15,718 bases of DNA, taken from contig JBEKES010000020.1 of NCBI GenBank assembly GCA_050013715.1, positions 1 through 15,718 on the forward strand, written 5' to 3'. Within the stretch, counting starts at the first letter, position 1. The number at the start of each line of letters is the position of its first letter. Below the pieces are notes generated by a model. It ran no database searches and was not told where the DNA came from. It saw nothing but the letters and a program-made list of their open reading frames with translations. The translations under genes and the position numbers were made by a program. Below, in pieces: positions 1 to 7,914 of the stretch. Source of the DNA: Candidatus Micrarchaeaceae archaeon. GTDB taxonomy: Archaea > Micrarchaeota > Micrarchaeia > Micrarchaeales > Micrarchaeaceae.

Positions 1-170
1 AAAAGGTCAATATCATTGATTCGGGTGTTACTATCTTCAACATATGCTAAGTAAGCCAGACCCCCATATGCTATTGGATTTATATGAACGGAATTGCATA
101 AAATTAGCATTTCATTACAAAATCGTTTTAAATTAGTAAAATGTGCCTTATTTTTAGGGTAAATTGGCAT
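1..170 (-). CDS. Partial gene (N-terminus only, runs off the window): putative Pol-beta-superfamily nucleotidyltransferase
   Basis: Hand translation from ATG at 170: MPIYPKNKAHFTNLKRFCNEMLILCNSVHINPIAYGGLAYLAYVEDSNTRINDIDL, open to the window edge. It contains the hG[GS]...DxD signature (YGGLA...DID). An AGGTGA SD overlaps the stop of the upstream methyltransferase. Not in the ORF track. Confidence 0.7.
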   Translation of the reverse strand, partial: MPIYPKNKAHFTNLKRFCNEMLILCNSVHINPIAYGGLAYLAYVEDSNTRINDIDL

Positions 171-176
171 TAGTTT

Positions 177-947
177 TCACCTTTTTACACAGATGAGAAT
201 ACTTCTGCTTTCTGAAATTTTGGGTTTTTGGAAGGTTCTACTACTGAATTGATATTTAAGTATGAAACCTGCTTTGTTAAGCATTGTAAGCATTTCTCTT
301 TTGGTATATAACCTAAAATTGTGTTTCGTAGCTTTCTTCAATATAAGATTTTTCCCAACCTTCTTGTAAACTTGAACTGTAGAAATTTCAAAAGTCCTTT
401 TTCCTTTCTTCACAATTCTGCTATTTACAAGTTTTAATGCCGTTTTAAGATCCATTACACTCCAATTTCTCGGATCTGTTTGTTTTATCCACTGTTGTTT
501 GTTTGGGAAATCAAGAAATAGTATTCCGCCCTTATTTAAGTGTTTGGAGAAGTTATTTAAAATTGTTTGATTCTCAGAATCATCATAATAACCAAAACTA
601 GCACACCATTGCAATACGACATCGAATTTTTTCTCTAAACTGAGAAAACGCATATCTTGCCTAATATAGTTGTTGGCATACTCCCTATCGTTCCTCTTTG
701 CTTCTTTTATATAATGTTGATTAATGTCAACTCCTATAATTTCATAACCATATCCCCGCAATAACTTTTCTAAACGTCCATACCCACAGGGAACATCAAG
801 TATTTTATGATAGCTTATTTGTGTCTTTTTAGACATGAATCTTATAACATCATTAATGTATTTTGCATGTTTTATATTAGAAGATTCTATAAACCAATCT
901 GGATTAAGACCACCTAAAACAGTTTCAAAGTACGTATTTTCATCCAT
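177..947 (-). CDS. Class I SAM-dependent methyltransferase (Methyltransf_25/11-like)
   Basis: Motif I ILDVPCGYGR, post-I IIGVDIN, motif II QDMR...KFDVVL, then SFGY and LNKGGILFLD. The likely start is ATG 947 (AAGTGA SD-like motif upstream) rather than TTG 962. Confidence 0.9.
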   Translation of the reverse strand: MDENTYFETVLGGLNPDWFIESSNIKHAKYINDVIRFMSKKTQISYHKILDVPCGYGRLEKLLRGYGYEIIGVDINQHYIKEAKRNDREYANNYIRQDMRFLSLEKKFDVVLQWCASFGYYDDSENQTILNNFSKHLNKGGILFLDFPNKQQWIKQTDPRNWSVMDLKTALKLVNSRIVKKGKRTFEISTVQVYKKVGKNLILKKATKHNFRLYTKREMLTMLNKAGFILKYQFSSRTFQKPKISESRSILICVKR

Positions 948-958
948 TTTTTCACTTT

Positions 959-1483
959 TCAAACCAGTTTTTCATAAAAATTATGATCTTCACTTTGACC
1001 AACCAACTTGTAATGCCTATTTAGATAAAATTGGGTTAGCTTATCATCTGCTCTAAGTGCATCAAACCTTATGTAATGAATACCACTCTCCTTTATGTGT
1101 TTTTCTGCAAAGTCCATTAATTGAACAGCGAAGCCCTTGCTATGGTGGCTTGGTAGTACAGCCAATCCTCTTATGTATATGGCTTTTGCGCTTTTGTCCT
1201 CCCAGAATCCGTGATATGATTCTTTATAATAACCAGCTGGTTTCGCGCTTAGCGAAACTGTACCTACTGGAATTTCTTTTTCATATAAAAAATAGACTTC
1301 CATTTCTTTTAGACGCTTTTTCACCTTTTCTTCGTTATAGGCACCTTGCCAATGATCATAACCTCTTGAAGACAACCAGTTTGCACATGACTGGTAGATA
1401 TTGAGTAATTGCTTCCAGTCTGATTCGTTTGCTTTTCTTATTGTTTCCTTAGTTTTTTGTATAATATAATCACTTAAGACCAA
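959..1483 (-). CDS. GNAT family N-acetyltransferase
   Basis: N-terminal IRKANESD, acetyl-CoA binding motif A (YIRGLAVLPSHHSKGFAVQLM), and C-terminal IRFDA...LTQFYLNRHY. Start uncertain: TTG 1483, or ATT/ATA at 1465/1462. Confidence 0.88.
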   Translation of the reverse strand: MVLSDYIIQKTKETIRKANESDWKQLLNIYQSCANWLSSRGYDHWQGAYNEEKVKKRLKEMEVYFLYEKEIPVGTVSLSAKPAGYYKESYHGFWEDKSAKAIYIRGLAVLPSHHSKGFAVQLMDFAEKHIKESGIHYIRFDALRADDKLTQFYLNRHYKLVGQSEDHNFYEKLV

Positions 1484-2102
1484 ATTTAATCTTAATTGTT
1501 CTAACTAATTTTCTCTCTAAATCTTTATCATAAAGTGAATTTATCTCAAGAATAGAAGCTATCTGATTACTAACGGCACCATCTATGTCGGTACGCATAT
1601 GATATGGTTTTACCTTAACATTCTTGTAAGAAATGCCTTTGCTTAACTCTTTTCCTATTTGTTCTGTTGTTAAATGTTTTTTGTAGAATTCTAATGAGTA
1701 ATCTATAAAATAATCCTCTATTTGTTTCTTGTTCAAATGAAACCAATAATGAAGCACATACCACATTATCTTTGGTGGTCTTATATTATCACAGAAAATG
1801 GTTATTGAATCTGTATTTAAGTCTATGAATTTTTTGCTAAATTCTATATTCTGCGAAGATGTTAAGGAATTGTTTTCAAGACGGATCTGTGCCTTCGATT
1901 TAATTATGGGTTTTAGGTATTCTGCCATTGACATAGCTTCTGATCTATGTGGCTGTTTCGGGTCAGTTTTACCACCTGATAATACAACTATACCTACCTT
2001 ATGCTCATTAACAAACGAGGCAAAGTTGTCTAAATATCTCTTATATTTGACTTTTGTTTTGTCAAATAACCCATAACCCAGTAAAACAGCATAATTTGTC
2101 AT
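1470..2102 (-). CDS. YdcF/DUF218 (ElyC/SanA-like) family protein, divergent
   Basis: AVLLGYG, IVVLSGG, SEAMSMAEYL and LENNSLTSSQNIEFS match the DUF218 pattern (SGG; SEA..M; E..S..T..N). An AAGGT SD-like motif lies upstream of ATG 2102. Confidence 0.78.
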   Translation of the reverse strand: MTNYAVLLGYGLFDKTKVKYKRYLDNFASFVNEHKVGIVVLSGGKTDPKQPHRSEAMSMAEYLKPIIKSKAQIRLENNSLTSSQNIEFSKKFIDLNTDSITIFCDNIRPPKIMWYVLHYWFHLNKKQIEDYFIDYSLEFYKKHLTTEQIGKELSKGISYKNVKVKPYHMRTDIDGAVSNQIASILEINSLYDKDLERKLVRTIKIKFGLK

Positions 2103-2234
2103 TGTATCTACCTTATGAACTCACATATAGTAAATTAATGCTATTGGAATAATATTAAATATAGTTGTTGGCGTGGCTAAAAAATCGGCTACTAAAAATT
2201 AACCGAAAGAGAGACCGCAGGTTTGATCAAATGC

Positions 2235-2242
2235 TTTATATA
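2235..2242 (+). promoter_or_regulatory. Putative TATA box for the 2263-2652 ORF
   Basis: TTTATATA lies 20 or 29 nt upstream of the ATGs at 2263 and 2272. No SD is visible, consistent with a leaderless or short-leader transcript. Confidence 0.5.
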
Positions 2243-2262
2243 TTTCAAAGTTCAATAATAAA

Positions 2263-2652
2263 ATGATAGATATGTCTACGAGAGATAAAGAACATAGGGA
2301 ATTTGCAGGTGATACTAAATTACTAAGATCAAGCGGATACATTATTCGTACATCAGTATTAGGTTCAAAACTAAACGATCAAGAATTAAATCAGTATCTA
2401 GGTGTCGGCAATATTACACCAAGAGGTTCACCTACAAATCTTGCATGGAAGGGCTGGAATGGACAAGCTCATTATCATTTTGTAAAGGCAGAATATTTGA
2501 CGCCGTTTTTAACGAATATAGAGCAAATGAACAATTGGAATTATGTTCTTTTTGGCATTCCTAGAATAGCTGTTGAAAGGAAAAATGAGGAGGAACCAGT
2601 AAGTCCTAGGATAAAAGAAATTGTCGACGACAAATCGACGTCAAAAGCGTGA
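2263..2652 (+). CDS. Hypothetical protein (129 aa)
   Basis: Only long ORF in an AT-rich gap, with a TATA box upstream. No motif recognised. Confidence 0.6.
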   Translation: MIDMSTRDKEHREFAGDTKLLRSSGYIIRTSVLGSKLNDQELNQYLGVGNITPRGSPTNLAWKGWNGQAHYHFVKAEYLTPFLTNIEQMNNWNYVLFGIPRIAVERKNEEEPVSPRIKEIVDDKSTSKA

Positions 2653-2794
2653 AAACCCCACAGTTCTCCGACTCCCGATGAGTTACAGAGTCCTCACGTT
2701 TTTCACCCTTCCAGACTAAGAAACTAGCCATTTTTCACGAAAATGAAATGAAAGAGTATCATTTTTTGCGCTTGTATATATCCCCGTCAGGAAT

Positions 2795-2866
2795 AGCCCC
2801 AGAAGGGAATTGAACCCTCGACTTCCAGTTTACAAAACTGGCACTCTACCACTGAGTTACTGAGGC
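2795..2866 (-). tRNA. tRNA-Thr (anticodon TGT), intronless, CCA not encoded
   Basis: Reverse complement folds as a cloverleaf: acceptor GCCTCAG/CTGGGGC, D arm ACTC-AGTGGTA-GAGT, anticodon arm CCAGT-TTTGTAA-ACTGG, T arm GAGGG-TTCAATT-CCCTT. The discriminator is U, typical of archaeal tRNA-Thr. Confidence 0.96.
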
Positions 2867-2868
2867 AG

Positions 2869-4443
2869 TTATTTTTCTCGGATAAAGAATTGTGCATAGT
2901 CCAATATATATTTTACTATAAAACCTATTCTGTAGCTGTTGCACAGGGATTTCAGGAAATCCAGTTCTTTTTGAGTTATTCCTTTGAATATCGAGGCAAG
3001 CGGCACGTATACAACTACCGCAAGTATCAAATCAACTATTATTGCGAACTTGCTTTGATTCATTGCATTGGTAATTGCATACAATAGGATAAATGTTATT
3101 ATAGCGGCGCACATCAGCGCGAATAGGTTTCTTACTTCTGGATTGAATGAGAATTGCTTCTTAAGCGCTTTGAGGTATATGATGTCAAGCACTATTGGCC
3201 CTATGAGGAAAATAGATATGAGCACACCTGTTGCCTTAAGATATGGAGTGAGCGCAAAAAGCAATATGATCTCTATTGCTACTATGGCAAGCTGGTACAG
3301 CATGAATTTTCTAGTGTCGCCGTATCCGACCAATACAGTACCGGCATATGTTCCGAATATTCCCAATGTTGTGCCAAGAGCGATGATTGCAAAATAGAAA
3401 GGAGTTAATGAATAGACTTTTGAGAATAGCAAATACATGAGCGGCTGTGCTATTCCAACCACATAGGCAAGTATTGGCAGCAGGAACAGCAGTGTGTAGT
3501 ATATTGTCTTGTTGTATAATTTTCCTATATTTGCTGCTGTTTCCTTTTTGGAGAATGTGCTTGCAAAAACTGGCAATAGAATAAATGTTGCAGATGTGAA
3601 TATTATTCCTACAAAATTGCCCACTTCATAGGCGGCGTTGTAATTACCCACTATTATCGTGCTTGCATAAACACCCAATAACAATATTGCGAAGTTGGGA
3701 GGACCCAGCACTGCTATGTTTGATGTTGCGATCGGAGTTGAGAAGTCTAACAATTCTTTTATCAATTTTTTTGTTGGTTTTATTATTTTGTTTATTAGGT
3801 GGTTTGAAAGGTAGTACAATCCTAAAATCGAGCCTATGATTATGCTTATTGCAATTCCTGCAATGGCACCAAATACCCCGTAACCCAGAATTACAAGGCT
3901 AACCGCAGCAATGGGCTGCAGTAGTGAATATACCAAATCTATTATTGTTGCCTCTTTTACTTTATCCAATCCGACAAGAACCGATATTGTAAGATTGAAG
4001 AATACCCAGAAGATTACCAAAACGGATGCAAGCTGCAATGCCTCTGAAAGCTCAGGCTGATGGTATACGCTTGAGGCAATTGTGCTGCTCAGCAGAACAC
4101 CTGCAACTGCAATGATAACAGCTATCAGCATTGCCAGTGCATAGGCATTGCCTATGAGCTCTGACCTCTCCTCTTTTGTAGTCAGCTCTGGCAGCTTTTT
4201 CCTTATGGCTGTTCCTATGCCGAAGTTGCCGCATATTCCAAGCAATGTGTAAAATGCTATTATTATTGCATACAATCCGAAATTAGACGGTTGCAACAAT
4301 CGCGCAAGAAGCACCAGCAGAACAAGAACAGAAACCGATGCAACAACCTGCCCCGCAATGTACAATATTCCGTTTTTTGCGGTCTTGATTCCTGTCTCTT
4401 TTTCAGGATTTTCCTTTTTTTGTAAAGCAGGCAATTCAAGCAC
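2869..4443 (-). CDS. MOP-superfamily oligosaccharide flippase (Wzx/RfbX-like)
   Basis: About 14 hydrophobic segments. Motifs LARLLQPSNFGLY, NFGIGTAI, KELLDFSTP, VGNYNAAY and LVGYGDTR. Start is GTG 4443 or TTG 4434 (after AGGTG). Confidence 0.88.
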   Translation of the reverse strand: MLELPALQKKENPEKETGIKTAKNGILYIAGQVVASVSVLVLLVLLARLLQPSNFGLYAIIIAFYTLLGICGNFGIGTAIRKKLPELTTKEERSELIGNAYALAMLIAVIIAVAGVLLSSTIASSVYHQPELSEALQLASVLVIFWVFFNLTISVLVGLDKVKEATIIDLVYSLLQPIAAVSLVILGYGVFGAIAGIAISIIIGSILGLYYLSNHLINKIIKPTKKLIKELLDFSTPIATSNIAVLGPPNFAILLLGVYASTIIVGNYNAAYEVGNFVGIIFTSATFILLPVFASTFSKKETAANIGKLYNKTIYYTLLFLLPILAYVVGIAQPLMYLLFSKVYSLTPFYFAIIALGTTLGIFGTYAGTVLVGYGDTRKFMLYQLAIVAIEIILLFALTPYLKATGVLISIFLIGPIVLDIIYLKALKKQFSFNPEVRNLFALMCAAIITFILLYAITNAMNQSKFAIIVDLILAVVVYVPLASIFKGITQKELDFLKSLCNSYRIGFIVKYILDYAQFFIREK

Positions 4444-5568
4444 CTAGTCTTTCAATATGAAATTCGGCAAGAGTTCTTTTGCATGCTCCTTTTTCCTTCT
4501 ATGGACTTCAAGGAATTTGTTTATCTTGTTTGCAAGATCAGCCTTGTGCTCTCCTGCAAGTATTGTGCCTTTTCTCTCTGATTCAAGTATCTTACTGAGC
4601 TTTTTGTCATCAGGCTCAAAGAAGTATTTGTAGTAATTGCAGATCACGCATTTGTCAGGATCTCCCCCGTGTTTTCTCTGAAGCTCTGCGGTAGCTTGCT
4701 GGCCGGTAAACGCCTTTCCTATCTTTTTCCTTACAGTTTCTGGAGAATCGTTCAGGTAAATGGCATCCGCTCCGCTGGATGACATCTTCGATTCGCCGCT
4801 AAGCGCAGGCAGGAATTTTGTGTGCATTATTGCTGGTTTGTAATACCCTAGTTTTCCTATTACGTCCCTTGCAATCCTGAAATGAACATCCTGGTCAATT
4901 GCCAATGGGATCAAACACGGAACATTCTTTTTTTCCTCAACAGATTTCATAAATGCAGGAACAGCCTGCATGCTTGTGTAGAATATTTTCCCTATATTTG
5001 ATTCGTTGGTATAGCCGAACGCATCTTTTGTCATTGAGAAGGTTATGTGTTTCGCTACTCTTACAGCTTGCTTGTACATATGGCCAGCATATTCGGTATC
5101 GAAGAATATTTTCGTATGCCTTTTGTCGAATCCCAACGCGATTATGTCCAATAGATTATCCATTGAAATTTGATGTATTTCATCTAGTGTTAAATTAAGG
5201 TTGTCTTTTGCAAGGAATTTCTCTTCGTCTGGGATTTGTATGTAAACATCAACCCCAAACTTATCCTGAAGCCATTTGCACAGCGCAAAAGGCAACAGAT
5301 GGCCTATGGTCATGGGCCCGGATGGAGCCCTTCCGGTATAGACATAGAAATTATTGCCCTTTTCGTATTCGCTTATTATCCAGTCAAGGTCCCTGTGCGC
5401 ATAGAAGATCTGCCTTCTTATGAGAAAATGCAACTGGCCTCCAGAATATTTTTCTATTTTCTTCTCCAGTTCCTTGTCTATGAGCTTCAAACCATAGTTC
5501 TTTGCGAATTGATTGTAATCCACTTTGCCTTCTACTTTATAGGCATCTACATGAAAGGAATCTGCCAT
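4444..5568 (-). CDS. trpS: Tryptophan--tRNA ligase (archaeal/eukaryotic type)
   Basis: YTGRAPS, HIGH-like TIGH, QIPDEEKFL, CLIPLAIDQDVHFRIARD, KMSSS, and AFTG..TAELQRKHGGDPD. Confidence 0.97.
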   Translation of the reverse strand: MADSFHVDAYKVEGKVDYNQFAKNYGLKLIDKELEKKIEKYSGGQLHFLIRRQIFYAHRDLDWIISEYEKGNNFYVYTGRAPSGPMTIGHLLPFALCKWLQDKFGVDVYIQIPDEEKFLAKDNLNLTLDEIHQISMDNLLDIIALGFDKRHTKIFFDTEYAGHMYKQAVRVAKHITFSMTKDAFGYTNESNIGKIFYTSMQAVPAFMKSVEEKKNVPCLIPLAIDQDVHFRIARDVIGKLGYYKPAIMHTKFLPALSGESKMSSSGADAIYLNDSPETVRKKIGKAFTGQQATAELQRKHGGDPDKCVICNYYKYFFEPDDKKLSKILESERKGTILAGEHKADLANKINKFLEVHRRKKEHAKELLPNFILKD

Positions 5569-5595
5569 TTAATCAGATATAATATCTAAAGAAAG

Positions 5596-5610
5596 CTTAT
5601 ATGTCTTTTG
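5596..5610 (-). promoter_or_regulatory. Putative BRE/TATA promoter of the trpS-flippase(-tRNA) unit
   Basis: Minus strand reads CAAAAGAC-ATATAAG, ending 27 nt upstream of the trpS ATG. No SD is present. Confidence 0.45.
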
Positions 5611-5631
5611 AACTGAATTTACTAATAAGCC

Positions 5632-5657
5632 TTTATTTTATACAAACGTTTTATATT
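5632..5657 (+). promoter_or_regulatory. Putative TATA region of the ATP synthase operon
   Basis: TTTATTTTATA and CAAACG-TTTTATAT lie in the AT-rich divergent intergenic region, about 30 nt upstream of ATG 5685. Confidence 0.4.
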
Positions 5658-5684
5658 ACTTAAATTCAAAAGAGATTGATAAAT

Positions 5685-6017
5685 ATGGATCAGGAGAGGC
5701 AAATAAAATCCGTAGAGGAGGTGCAGGAGGCGGAAACCAGTGCACAGCTTGTTGTTGATAATGCTAAAAAGCTAAAGGAGAAAATGCTTCTTGATGCAGA
5801 GGACAAGGCGCGCAGAATTGAAGATCAATCAAAGGAAGATGCTAATTCTCTAGGCGAAGAGATTCTTAAGAAGGCTGACCATGAGCTCGCGCAGCTACGA
5901 AAGAAAAGGCTAGATGAGGTACATAGGACAGCTGAAAAGATTAGAAAGAAAAAGCTGGGCAAGCCAACGCTAGAAAAGCTTGCCGATCAGGCAATAAAAG
6001 AGATTCTAGGTGCGTAG
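5685..6017 (+). CDS. atpH: A/V-type ATP synthase peripheral stalk subunit H (G-like)
   Basis: About 110 aa of E/K/A-rich coiled coil (EVQEAETSAQLVVDNAKK...), first gene of the operon ahead of subunit I. Start is ATG 5685, with TTG 5676 as the alternative. Confidence 0.8.
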   Translation: MDQERQIKSVEEVQEAETSAQLVVDNAKKLKEKMLLDAEDKARRIEDQSKEDANSLGEEILKKADHELAQLRKKRLDEVHRTAEKIRKKKLGKPTLEKLADQAIKEILGA

Positions 6018-6020
6018 TAA

Positions 6021-7898
6021 ATGTTCAAAAGCGAGCCCATGCAGAAGGTAAGGATAGTCTGCCTTGACAATGATAAGGAAAGGCTAATCCAGGCGCTGCA
6101 CAAATTGGGCATATTAGACCTAAGGAAAAGCAAGCTGAACCTTTCCAATGACAATGCAGCTGAGCATTTCACAGTTTTATCCGATATGGAGATAAAGCTT
6201 GCAGGAGCGCTTGCTTTGCTGAAGAAGCCCAAAAAAAGCAAGAAGGATAAATTCCCTAATTTTGAAAAGCACATGAATTCTGATGAGCTTATATCCAACT
6301 TTTCCAAGTATAGTGCAATAGACAATATATATGATTTGATTGAGGAGCGCAAAAGAGTGCAGCAAACGCTCATGCATTTGGAGCAATCTGAAAAAGTTGC
6401 AAATGAATTATCTACCATAGATTTCAGCTTTGAAAAGCTGCATAGCAACGTATTGTCATTCAAGGCCTATGTTGCCTCAAATCCCAAGGACATGGAATCC
6501 TTTAGCAAAGAGCTTGAAAAGAAAAAATTCACTGCTGAATTGATCGAATCCAAAAGCAAGAAAATACCCAGCATGATAGTTGCCTACAAGAAAAACCTTG
6601 ACATGGACAGCATTGCAAAGAAATACAATCTGAAGGAATTAGACCTAACGCTCAATTACCTTAGCGGAAAGCCGATTGATGCATTGAAAAGGATAATGCA
6701 CCTCAAGCAGGAAGAGCAGAACAAGATAAAAAGCATAGAAAAGGAGCTTGAGGACGTATACAACAATGATCACAGGAAGCTAGCAGCACTAATGGAAATG
6801 ATAAAGATAGAAATCACAAAGGCGCAAGTGAGCGAGACGTTCAAGAAAACGGACAGGACAATAATAATAGAAGGATGGGTTCCCAAGAAAAGTGAAAAGG
6901 AACTCGAGCATGAAGTTTCAAGTGCAACCAAGAACGCATATTATCTTGAGAAGCTTGAAACGGATGAGCTGGCGCCGACCCTTTCCAATAAGCCGAAGTT
7001 CCTGCAGCCCTTCGACTTCATGATAAACTTCATATCAGTTCCAAGAAGCGATGAAGTTGATCCTGCAATACCGTTCATCATATCGTTCCCAATACTCTAC
7101 GGGCTTATGGTAACTGACGTAGGCTATGGAATTCTGTCGTTCCTTTTTGCCTGGTGGATAACAACATTTACAGACAAGGAAGGGCTTGTCTACAATACTG
7201 CAAAGATATGGATGTTGAGTTCAGTATCTGCAATAGTTTTCGGAGTGCTTTCCAATCAGTATTTCGGACTGCAGCTCAACAAGTACATACTTCCTGGCTT
7301 TGTGGGATTTGACTGGTTCAAGAACGTTACATCGATAATACTTGTTTCAGTAATATTCGGAGTGACAATGGTAATCGTAGGTTTAATACTAGGATTCGTA
7401 AACAAGTACAAGCACCATAAGAAGATCGCATTCGGACGATTGACTTCGGTTGCGCTTATACTATCGGGAGTTGTTGCGATAAGCGGAGGATTGTTCCATG
7501 TGTTTAATTCCAATATAACACTCATTGCTGGCATAGTTGCAATACTCTCGCTCATAGCAACCATTGTATTGAGCGGAGAGGAGGCAGGAGAGATCACTAA
7601 TCTGATATCCCATCCGCTTAGCTTTGCAAGGCTTATGGGCTTCGGACTTGCAAGCGTTGTGCTTGCGTTCCTCATAGACAAGGCGTTCACCCCAAGCCTC
7701 AGCATGGGTATACCCGTTTTCATACTATTTTCTATACTGTTTATTATACTGCATTTCCTGAATATGATAGTAACAATGTTCGAAGGAGCAATACAGGGGG
7801 CAAGGCTTAACTTCATAGAACTGTTTACAAAATTCAACACTGGAGGAGGAATCAAGTTCAATCCCTTCAAGTCAAAAAGAGTTTATACTAAAGAATAA
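6021..7898 (+). CDS. atpI: A/V-type ATP synthase subunit I (a)
   Basis: MFKSEPMQKVRI N-terminus, IEGWVPK, PRSDEVDP, YGLMVTDVGYG, conserved Arg in SFARLMGFGLAS, and ARLNFIELFTKF..GGG.KFNPF. Confidence 0.96.
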   Translation: MFKSEPMQKVRIVCLDNDKERLIQALHKLGILDLRKSKLNLSNDNAAEHFTVLSDMEIKLAGALALLKKPKKSKKDKFPNFEKHMNSDELISNFSKYSAIDNIYDLIEERKRVQQTLMHLEQSEKVANELSTIDFSFEKLHSNVLSFKAYVASNPKDMESFSKELEKKKFTAELIESKSKKIPSMIVAYKKNLDMDSIAKKYNLKELDLTLNYLSGKPIDALKRIMHLKQEEQNKIKSIEKELEDVYNNDHRKLAALMEMIKIEITKAQVSETFKKTDRTIIIEGWVPKKSEKELEHEVSSATKNAYYLEKLETDELAPTLSNKPKFLQPFDFMINFISVPRSDEVDPAIPFIISFPILYGLMVTDVGYGILSFLFAWWITTFTDKEGLVYNTAKIWMLSSVSAIVFGVLSNQYFGLQLNKYILPGFVGFDWFKNVTSIILVSVIFGVTMVIVGLILGFVNKYKHHKKIAFGRLTSVALILSGVVAISGGLFHVFNSNITLIAGIVAILSLIATIVLSGEEAGEITNLISHPLSFARLMGFGLASVVLAFLIDKAFTPSLSMGIPVFILFSILFIILHFLNMIVTMFEGAIQGARLNFIELFTKFNTGGGIKFNPFKSKRVYTKE

Positions 7899-7914
7899 AA
7901 TTGGTGAAAAAAAT

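Larger units (their letters stand above)
1..2794. mobile_element. Possible genomic island or variable region downstream of the tRNA-Thr 3' end
   Basis: Spot counts of single 60-nt lines give about 25-35% GC here against about 43-47% in atpI/atpC. Gene content is accessory and the block abuts a tRNA 3' end. No integrase or second att site is visible in the window. Confidence 0.35.

Noticed and set aside
2621..2633. Palindrome TTGTCG-A-CGACAA in the orphan ORF
   Set aside because: Short, single, inside a coding region and compatible with chance.
5290..5340. TIGH in place of HIGH in TrpRS as a sign of inactivity
   Set aside because: Thr at the first position of this motif occurs in functional TrpRS enzymes, and KMSSS and the other motifs are intact.
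835..5589. Plus-strand and alternate-frame ORFs overlapping the minus-strand genes (835-1056, 1057-1404, 1798-2076, 2890-3408, 4052-4234, 4953-5589)
   Set aside because: They overlap confidently assigned genes and have atypical composition.
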